DNA from: the human T2T-CHM13v2.0 reference genome, Homo sapiens
Reading direction: 5' to 3' (one strand)
DNA length: 64,000 nt
NCBI RefSeq assembly: GCF_009914755.1
Contig: NC_060939.1
The notes under the pieces are model-generated. The model was not told the DNA's origin. It made no database searches and worked only from the letters and a program-made list of their open reading frames with translations. The position numbers and the translations under genes were made by a program. The stretch's first letter is position 1. Each line of letters begins with the position of its first letter. Of this stretch, positions 1-13,061 are shown in pieces.

Positions 1-690
1 GTGAGAGAGAGGCATAGGAGATGGGGGCAGTGAGATCATCCCGGCTGTGGAGGCTGTGGGAAAGATGGGATTTCACTCTGAGGGAGATGGGATGGTGTTG
101 AAGGGTTTTGAAGAGAGTAGGGACATGATGTGATGTGTGCTTTAAGATTTTTAAATTATCTTATTATTTTTTGAGATGGGGTCTCACTGTGTTGCCTAGG
201 CTGGAGTGCAGTGGCTATCCTCAGGTGCATTCCTGGCTCACTGCAGCCTCAAATTCCTGGGCTCAAGTGATCCTCCTACCTCAGCCTCCTGAGTAGCTGG
301 TACTACAGGCATGGGCCACTGTGCCCAGTGGCAACGTATGTTTCAAAAGCAATACTCTGGCTGCTGTGTTGGGAATGACTAGTAGAGGCAAGGGTGGAAG
401 CAAGAAGATCAGTTGGCAGGCTTTTGTGGGAACACAGGAGAGAGATGATGGTAGAGGTGGTGAGAAATGGCTGGACTTGAATATATTTTGAAGGTTGAGT
501 TGACAGGATGTGCTTGTGGATTGGATGAAGGGTGTGAAAGAAAGAGAGGTTTAGGCCTAAGCAGCTGGAAGAATGGCATTGTCATTTACTGAAATGCGGA
601 AGGCTGTAGGAGGAAATCAAGAGCTAGATTTTAGACATAGTAGATCTGAGGTGCCTATTAGATATCCAAGTAGAGATCCAAATCTAGAAA
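1..690 (-). mobile_element. L2 fragment interrupted by an Alu monomer (FAM/FRAM-like, ~167-329, minus strand)
   Basis: Purine-rich antisense L2 text (gaagggttttgaag...gtcatttactgaaatg...agatatccaagtagagat). Confidence 0.65.
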
Positions 691-1049
691 TAACAATAAT
701 TTAGTGAATGTCTACTGAGGGGCTTATAAAATAGCAGGAAAGAGAACACTTTACTGAAATGTTCAGTAAACTACAGTACAGGTAGAAAATTATGATGTGA
801 GGAAGAATAAATAAAGCAAAAGGGAGCAAAAGGGAGAGTGAGGTGACTTCTGTAGGAATTCTGTGCCCTTGATGAGCCTCAGTGGTGCCCACAGATGTTT
901 CCAGTGGATTATGTATGTGTAGGTGCTCAAGAGCAGGGTCTGGGCCTTCAGCTTTGTGCCCTCAGTGCCAGTCATAAGTCTTAGCATTTGGTGACTGTTC
1001 CCCTCTCTGAGCCTCAGTTCTCCATGTATAAAAAATGAAGAGTTTGGAC

Positions 1050-1245
1050 TAGACCGGTGCAGTGGAATCACCTGGGAAGCTTTAAAAAAAAAACAACCAA
1101 AAAGCAGGAATCCATCCTAGACATATTGAATCAGAATTTTCATGGTGGAGCCTGTGTATCTGTATTTTTAAGTCATTCCCCATGTTACTCTTTTGCAGTC
1201 TGTCCAGCAGCGACCTTCAGACAGGCATTTGGAAGCCCCTGGACC
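1050..1245. mobile_element. MER5A-like hAT-Charlie fossil nested in MIR
   Basis: gaatcacctgggaagcttt...gaatcagaat...atctgtatttttaag...tttggaagcccctg. Confidence 0.6.
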
Positions 1246-2744
1246 AGATAGTTTCCAAGGGCCCCTTCAGCTTTAACATCTTATGAGTCTTGTTAGAATG
1301 TTCGCAGTATAATTCTGTCCTTGAAATCTTTGGTTGGCGTGGAAAAGGCATGGCAGGGGGAGAGGAGAAGCTGCCTTTGGGTGAAGGACACCTTGCACAG
1401 GGCAAGCAGGGGCAGGTACATCAGCCAGGGGGTTGAAGAGACATCCAGGAATGGCTCCGGGAGCAGTGGGAGCAGTGACAACTCACCTGCCATGGGGAGC
1501 CAGGTGTGTTAGGTCACGGAAATAGAGGGGAAAGACATGACCCCCACACAGGAGAGGCTCACATACTGATGGGAAGGACTGATGAGAAAACGAATGATTC
1601 CAGCCCCCTGTGAGAAGTGCTGCCATAGAGGAAGAGAGGCTTGGGTGTCAGGAGAAAAGTGGAGCAGGAGGAGGGCAGAGCACTGGAGTTGCAGTACTCA
1701 GAGAAGGCATCAGAAGGGGACCCTGGAGCTGAAACTTGGGGATGAGGAGTTCTTAGGTTTGTGTTTGAGGCCCTGGTGGGTTGGGGTATCAGGTATTCTC
1801 TAGTCAGGGGGATAGCTCAAACCCTGGCAGAGAGGCACGAGAAAGTGTGAGAGAACCACCACTGGGGTCAGAATGAAAGGTATCCTGGCAAGTGGCTGGA
1901 GAGGGGCAGAGACCACATTGGAATGCATCCTCCATGAGAGGCTGAAGGGACATCTTGGTGATCAGATGTATGTTTCACAGCAAATTTTATGGCAACATGT
2001 GCATTAGAGGGGCTACACTAAGTGGAGGAAAGACAAGTAAAAAACGTTTTTTTTGTTTGTTTGTTTTTGCCTGAGCCCACTGGGGCAGCTGTTTCTTACG
2101 TACTGCTGAGAATCTCTTTGGGCCATTTTTTTTGCCACTGGCTTGAATAGCAGGTGCCTCATGAAATGAAACATTGGCCATTGACTGATTCAGAACATCT
2201 GAGACTTGGAGTGATATAGACCTATAAGCAGGCCTCAGATGTGTATTCAAGAGGCCAGTGAGATATATACGCCATGGAGTCTGCTTGTCCACTTTAGCAG
2301 TTAATTTTTATGTAGAAATCCCTAAGATCTAGATTAATTTGCCCAGCTGTTGCAGCCTAACCTGTTCAAGGACTCAGAGATCCTTAAAGTTAGTTTAATT
2401 TTACATACTAAACCAATGCCTACCTAAGGTCTTCACACAAGTAACTATTGATACCATAGGAGTGAAAGCCAATTCCATGTGGTCACAATTCCTTATTCTT
2501 TTAGCTATACCATTCCCAATCTGGGGCTTTGTTCTGGGTCCAGGAACATGAGCCTCTTTTTTCTGTTTCCTCTGATCCTACTGAAGTTTCACTAAGTTCC
2601 CTTCACTACCGTAACCCATGGAAGTGGTGTCTCGATGATTAATGTTCCTGCTTGAGTTCAGGCGAGGCTCCTGCACGTCTTGGGAGCAGCAGCTTACTCT
2701 TGAACTTGTTTGCTCATTCTGACTTTCCCCTTGTCTGCTTCCAT

Positions 2745-2965
2745 TCCTGGTATAACATAGGGAGACCCTGTCTCTACAAAAATAAAAAAACTGGCCAGGC
2801 GTGGTGGTGCACACCTGCATCCCCAGCTACTCAGGAGCCTGAGGCGAGAGGATCACTTGAGTCCAGGAGGTGGAGGCTGAAGTGAGCTATGATCACACCA
2901 TTGCACTCCAGCCTGGGCAACAGAGTGAGACCCTGTCTCAAAGCAAACAAATAAATAAATAAAAA
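2745..2965 (+). mobile_element. 5'-truncated AluJ
   Basis: Alu linker plus right arm and A-rich tail. Confidence 0.85.
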
Positions 2966-3584
2966 CTCTTAATTACAAGCAATAATGCAACACAAATGAT
3001 ATCAGTATTTAAGCCATAGTCAGTCATGTGGGGGAGCAGGGTTGAGAGTTCACCCACAGGTTGTGAAACATCCATCCTTCCTTCCTTCCAGTCCTAATAC
3101 AACGAACAATGGCAAATTCAAGAAAACTTTTTTTTTTCTCTCTCACAGTTCAGCGTTCCTTAAATCATGCTGCCTTTAACTTTCATTTTATAAATATGCA
3201 AGCTTTTATTTGCTTCCTTGTCTTATTAAACAGAATATATTAACTAGAGATCAAATTTTTCTTAATGCTTTTTGGAGTCCCTCTGCCTCCTTAATGTCCT
3301 GTTACTGAACTTTTATTAATCTACTATTACTGAACTTAGCATTGCTGAGGTAACAGATGGCAAAGTTTAATGTTATTTGAAATTTGAAGGCTTTATGCAG
3401 GGGGGAAAACCTCATGGGTTCAGTGTTAAGTCCTTGTTCTTAGTTCCTCAGAGCCTTTTTTATTTTTAGATTTGAATATGTGAATGTTACTACATTTATA
3501 TATTTTTTTAAAGTGATAATTCAGGATATTTTCTGACAATAGATAAAATCATCTTTTGTCTACATCTTTTATTTCTTTTTTTAA

Positions 3585-3900
<316 letters not shown>

Positions 3901-5123
3901 CCCACCAGGGGTTTAATTCTCTTAGTAAAAAGGCCAGTTCAGAGAGGGGCCCTGTCTTGTCCCCATCCAGGGGAGAAGATCTACAGAGCACCCTGGGAAT
4001 GTCCAAGCCCAGTACATATTTTATTTCAAACTTCAAAATACTGCCCTCTTCTCTCTAGTATTATGAGGTTTGATGAACAAACCTATAAGTTAGTTATACT
4101 TTCCCCTTTCTCCTAAATTTTCATCTCTCCAGAAAAAAAAAAATAGAGCTCTAATTTTTAGGGTCTCATTAGAAAGCCCTTTCATTTACTTTACAACTTC
4201 AATCTCTGAGATTTCGCAGGACCTCTTCCAACTCTGGTATGTTTTTCTTGAGGTATGGGGAACCAAAACTGCACAGCACACGTAGCTATGGACACACAGT
4301 GGTTTTGAATAAGGGCAGGATCACAAGTTCTGCTTTGCTTAGAGTGTTCTTTCTGATAATGCCTAGCATTTTCTGGGCCTTTTGTGATGAAACATGCGAT
4401 GTGGTATCTTAAGGGAACAGTCTAAGCTGATTGAACAGTGTAGCTTAAAATCCATTATTCTAAAAGTATAATTGGTATTGCTTTTCCCTGAATGTTCCTT
4501 CACATTTGCCTTCACTGATGGTCACTTGCTATAATTTTGCCTATTTATGCAGCCTCATGAGAACCTGTCTTTTAATTTTGCTTTTTGATTAGGAACAGCT
4601 TTAAGGCCATTTGCAAATGAAGGTTTTACTTTATTGCTTCTACAAATACTTATTGAGTACCTAATGGGGAATCCAGTGATGAATGAAATAGATAAGCCTC
4701 TTCCTTCATGAAACTTACATCCTAACATTCTTCTGCTAGATTATTGGGTCCCAAAGCATTTATATAATTATGAAGACTTCCTTTTTAAAATAAATTTTTC
4801 ATGAGTCCTTATTCAGCAGTGGTGTGTCTAATGGCTGGTCCTTGAGCACACATATCTGGAGGTGAAGCTGGGTTCCCTTATGGGTTGGAAACCACCATTC
4901 TAGGTAATTTATGAAAGCATAAATCACTAGTCCAAAATTAGTCAATGGGTTAAAAGCTCTGTTTATATTTCCCCATGAATGGGAATTACATGAAGACATA
5001 TATACGGATGCACACAGACAACATACATTCACCCAAGTTTTATGGAAGTCAGTTGTTATTTTGTTCTGTTTTTTTTTTGGTGGGATCTTAGCATTTAAAG
5101 TCTGTAGAAATTCTGTCTACTAG

Positions 5124-6119
<996 letters not shown>

Positions 6120-6829
6120 GAATCATATTGTTTTTATACCCTCAAATAATTCCAATAGGGTGATTCGGCATGCTGAGGCCCTTTCAAAACTAAGATGCTC
6201 CTTACCCACATCTAGTTGATATGTTTACTTAAATGTTTGGTAAAATTTTCTGGGCAAAGTAGTAGACTCTGTAATAAACAATATGAATTTATATTCATCT
6301 TTAAAAAATATTTCCAGATATTCCCTAGGTAGAAACTTATTCTGAGAGAGGGTATAGTTGTCAATCTGCCAGTCTTGGAGTTGTTCTTTACCCCCAAGGG
6401 GACTGTTCATATTGTTACATAATTCCACTATCTCACCTTTGAGTGAAATTTACTCTCAGCCTAGGCCACCAAACCAGTGATCCTGCCTTGCCTCTTGACT
6501 AGGCTGTTCTAGATCACTCAGTGAGCTTACCAGGTCTGGATCTATCTAGCTCGTTCAGATGCTTCAGGGTGAGCCTCTGACAAAGGCTCTGTAGGCCAGG
6601 CCATGGTTCCTGGGCTGGTGTTCATGGACATGGCTCTGGTCCCTGAGTGACTGCCCCCAGGCAAGGTAGGCAGCTGCCTGTGGTTTGCTCTTCTCAACTT
6701 TGGCTTGCTGCTTCCAACAGGTTATAGACACTGGTGTATGCTGAAACTTTTTATTTTGACTATACCTTTTATTTTAACTAAGTTATTCTGTTGATTTTCT
6801 AACTAGCATTTCCCTGGTGATCCATGTCA

Positions 6830-7928
<1,099 letters not shown>

Positions 7929-8050
7929 CTAGGCTCAAGCGGTCATCCCACCTTGTGGGAAAATAATAACCACCAAAGTGCTAAAAATAATGAAGTTATG
8001 TAAATAATACAATTTGAAACATAGTTTGAATAATTTTAAAATGAAGATAA

Positions 8051-8386
<336 letters not shown>

Positions 8387-8551
8387 TAGATACTTTTAAC
8401 ATTTGGAATATTCTTGTAATGTAACTCCATTCTGGAGTATTTTTTCTAGTCTGTCCATTTGTCTTTCTTCTTTTAATTGCCTGCTCATCACCCTCACTCA
8501 TTTTTCTAATGGGTTGCTTATATTTTACTTATTGCTTTGTAAGGGCTTTTT

Positions 8552-9511
8552 GTTTTTGTTTTTGTTTTAAGGAGCGGAGAGTTTAATAGGCAAGAAGGAA
8601 GGGAGAAGACAGAAGGAAGACGCTCCCCCGTACGGAGACAGAGGGAGGGGGGGCTCCAAAGCCGAAAGAGGAGGTCCCTACCTGCCACGGATACCAGTCA
8701 GGTACACATGCAGAGGCTGGAGGAGGCGGTGTTTGATTTGCATAGGGCTCAGGGGATTGGTTTGACTAGGCATGTAATTCACGTAGCCCGAGAAAAAGCT
8801 GGCCCTCCCACCCTAGCTTTTTAATATGCAAATGCAGGTTGACACGACGTTCTACACTCGTGAGGTTATATGGGGTTGGCCATGTTGCCAGGAACATGTA
8901 GGGAAAGGGCAAGAAGGCCGTGGGAATCTCCATGTTTGGGTGGACCCAGTTTCTAATGGCCGACTTGCATATCAAAGGTTGCTGGCCTGGCTCTAAGAGC
9001 CGGGGCTTTACAAGAAACTTTTCCTGAGATGCTTTAAGGCTTCCCAATGACCCCTTTTCCTACAACATTTCCCCCTGTGGAGATGCTACACTAACTGCTG
9101 TTAGGGGGTTTTGGGCGATGACTCTTTCTGGCTACTTCCTGCTGAAAAGGGGCGTCAAATGGAGAACAGCAGCTAGGGCTCTTCCTGGGGTTGATCTAAG
9201 GGTCCTCGGAAGAATGGCGTGTGCATGTGTGGTTCAGTTTATAGCATCATTTGGAGTTTGATTGCAGTCTGATGATTGAATTTCTTTTCCTGGCCCATGA
9301 ACCAAAATGATACGGCTCTGATGAGTGGAGGAACACCAGGGTTCTTGGTCCTCATGCCGGTTTAGAGAAAACAACAGGGACACACGTGGAGTGGTTTTAA
9401 GGAGTGGAGCATTTAATAGGCAAGAAGGAAGGGAGAAGACAGAAGGAAGAAACTCCCTTGTAGAGAGACAGAGGGAGGGGGGCTCCAAAGCCGAAAGAGG
9501 AGGTCCCTCTA
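8552..9511 (-). mobile_element. Processed (L1-retroposed) spliced ERV1 transcript, probably LTR25/HERVG25-like: R-U5-PBS-env tail-PPT-U3-R-polyA
   Basis: Terminal ~115-bp direct repeats (8564-8678 and 9394-9507); TSD TAAGGGCTTTTT (8540-8551 and 9512-9523); A-rich tail; tRNA-Gly PBS 9287-9304; env-like tail 9173-9265; PPT 9068-9077. Family name is tentative. Confidence 0.8.
8572..8701 (+). other. ZNF592: ZNF592 non-coding 5'UTR exon (130 nt; probably RefSeq exon 3), derived from an antisense ERV LTR
   Basis: T-rich tract 8547-8568, AG at 8570-8571, donor CAG|gtacac at 8701/8702; GAA-rich with no ATG. 130 nt plus the 19-nt leader of the next exon gives c.-149..c.-20, matching my recollection of the annotated transcript. 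Confidence 0.75.
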
Positions 9512-10235
9512 TAAGGGCTTTTTATGTTTTAATTAAGATATTAATGATAATAACTATATGTTGCAAATATTCCTTTTGATTTGTTGTTTGCCTTTTAACT
9601 TTGTGCTGGCAGGTTTTCGGTAAATAGAACTTTTTTATTGGTTGTCTTTTTCTTTACAGTTTCTTCTTTTGCTTTTATAACGGTACATTTTGATTAATTT
9701 CTATTTAAAAACAATGTGATGCTTTAGAGCAAGGTTCAAGTAAATATAAACATGTAGGTACATGGTAGAGTACCTTATTCACAGTTATTGATTGCTGCTG
9801 TTTTTGGTTTTTCTTACTGGGGCTAAATAGAAAACAGGATGTGATCTTTGGCTTTTAAAGGCTTTCAGCTTTGGCATTTAAAACATTTATTATTATTATT
9901 AATGTTTTTTATTCTTTTTAAAAATAGAGAGAGTCTTACTATGTTTCCCAGGCTACTCTCAAACTCCTGGGCTCAAGTGATCCTCCTCCCTTGGCCTCCC
10001 AAAGTGCTAAGATTACAGGTGTGAGCTACTGTGCCTGACCTAAAATCTCTATAAAAGTTTTTTTTTCTGCTGCTAATATTGAGCTCTCACACTATTTACT
10101 AGCTCTGATTTTCCAGCAAAAGATACTTACTTTACTTCTGACCATTCTCAGTCAATCCCTGAGATTTCTCTATGAGGAGAGCTTTACTTCTGATCTAATC
10201 TTTCTCTGCTTCAAGCCTCTGCAACTTCATATTAG

Positions 10236-10688
<453 letters not shown>

Positions 10689-11419
10689 TAGAAGAAAGAA
10701 AGAACAAAAAAGAAATTAAAAAGAATCTTATAAAGCAAATATCATGCAGGAGTTTCCTTATAGTTATGATCACCCTGCCTAGTAGGTCACTTGGTATTGA
10801 GTGCCCACTGTTTTCAGTGACATCCAGTATGTTCCCCTTGTTTATGGGTTCCAACACCTCCTGTTCCAAGAGACAAACATTCGTTCTGTTCAAAACTTTG
10901 TATCTCATTCCAGTGGGGTATTCTGCCAACCCATGTTTAGGTAATTGGTATTGTACTTTATTATTACCATAATTAGATATCTTCCCAATGGGAGGGAGTG
11001 AGTTTTCATTTTCTGTGAGAACTCATATGCAGGCAGATGTGTTTTGCTGGGAGTTGGGAGTGGGGCAAGAAACCAAACCTGGAAACCTGTTGATCCCACG
11101 GGGTGGTAAGAGATATACCTCTGCTATGCCACCTGCTGCCTTGTGGTTCTGAGTGGGTTTTGTTGTTGTTGTTGTTGTTGTTATTTTTCCTTTAAAAATT
11201 ATAAAAGCAATCTATCAGCCCCCTAAAAAAGTTTTGAAAAAATAACCCAACAGTAATTCCACTAGTCTGCGTAATCATTTTCATTTTTTAAAAAATCTTG
11301 GCTCAAATGCACGCGTAGTTTTACATTGTTATAGTCTGACAACATTTTTGTATTAGTCTTTTTAAACTTGACATTATAAATAATTTTCCTTGTTGCTATA
11401 TAGATTTCATAATGAGAAT

Positions 11420-11733
11420 TTTTATTATTTATTTATTTATTTATTTATTTTGAGATGGAGTTGCTCACTCTGTCGCCCAGGCTGGGGGCAGTGGTGCGAT
11501 CTCTACTCATGGCAACCTCCACCTCCTGGGATCAAGTGATTCTCCTGCCTCAGCCTCCGGAGTAGCTGGGATTAAGGCGCCCACCACCACGCCTGGCTGA
11601 TTTTTGTATTTTTAGTAGAGATGGGGTTTCATCATGTTGGCCAGGCTGGTCTTGAACTCCTGACCTCAAGCTATCCACTCACCTTGGCCTTCCAAAGTGC
11701 TGGGATTATAGGCAAGAGCCACTGCGACGGGCC
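11420..11733 (-). mobile_element. AluS
   Basis: Full Alu with (TTTA)n tail, TSD taatgagaattttt. Confidence 0.9.
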
Positions 11734-13061
11734 CTTAATGAGAATTTTTAATGACTGCGTTATAGTCTATCAAGTATTTTTTTTTTTTTTTGGTCTTAGA
11801 CATTTAAATTATTTTTGTGTGTATGTCTCCCTTTTGTGCTTTTTAAATAATGCTGTAACATATACTTTTGCATGTAGTTTTTGAGAATTTTTGTTCTTAG
11901 GATAAATTTCTGGAAGTGGGGTTCCTGGACCTAAAGTTTGCCACTTTTCTGGTTCTATGAAGCTACCATACTGCTTTCTGAAAGAATTGTGCCAATCTGC
12001 ATCCAGAAAGGTTTTCAACATAAATGTGACGTAAGAAACACTTAAGCCAGTAAAGGCCCTGGAATGCTGAAGCAGATGCAGGACTTAAAGGGAGATGGTG
12101 AGGTTTTTCTTCTCCCTCCAGCAGGTTTGAGCCAGCCAGTTTCATGTTTCATCTGAAGTGTGAGTTTTATAAGAATTTCCTAATGGAAGGTCTCTCTAGG
12201 GCCTTGTGTTTCCTCTGTTGCAGTAGTTCTGTAGCTCTGCTTTCCCAGATCATGAAGGAGACAAGTATATTAATTTAAAATAGAATTATTATCCTATTCT
12301 TTGTATATTAGTCAAAATAGAATTTAGGCTTCCCCCAAACTGTCACTTGGCCAATTTGATAACTGTTGGTACTTTGCAAGTCACCCTGTTCCTCAGGTTT
12401 AATGGAGGAGCATTCACCAACTGATAACAGTTTTAGGGTGAAAAGGAATCAAGTGTGTCTGCTGAACAGAGAAAAAATACCTAGGGATGATATAATTTTC
12501 TAGAGTTTATTCATGAGACAACACAAATAGCAAATCATTTTGGATTTGATTGAATTTATGCAGAAAGAAACCCCAAAGTTATATAAAGTTAGTGAGTAAT
12601 TACTAAGAGTAAATTAGCAGAAGTTATAGCCAGGTTTCATGTATTAATCAGTAGTTTTCTAAAGGCTGGAAGTGCTAAGTGGCTTTTTGCTAGTGCACAT
12701 GATCGTGGAGGGATGATATTCCCTGAGAAGCTGAGGGAGTATGGTAGGAGTATACTCTCTGTGGCTTTGTAATAACCAGCCACCAATTTCCAGGTACTGA
12801 GGTTTAAGATCATCCAGGCAGGCTTGTTGCTACATTTCACTACTCTTTCCATCTCTGCCCCCACCTCTCCAGCATTTTAGAAACCTGTTGGGGTAAAACT
12901 GAGGTGTGTGGCTTCCTGTCATAGTATGTGGGGTTCTGCATGGGTGTGCTGGCTGTGTGTGCATTAGTTTGATGGGTGTGTAGTGAAGATGGTCCAGTGG
13001 GACCCTGGTGGTCACTGATTCTGTTTTCTGTTTCTGTTACAGCCCTTGCCAGCATCCAGCC

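Noticed and set aside
8564-9507. Direct repeats read as the two LTRs of a mini-provirus or as a tandem duplication
   Set aside because: Only R is duplicated; U5 and U3 each occur once, and a poly(A) tail with a 12-bp TSD points to L1-mediated insertion, not integrase (4-6 bp TSD)
13008-13061. N-terminal extension of the 776-aa ORF and its C-terminal run to 15338
   Set aside because: Starts at an intronic GTG upstream of the acceptor and ends inside the next intron; ORF-caller artefact of unspliced DNA
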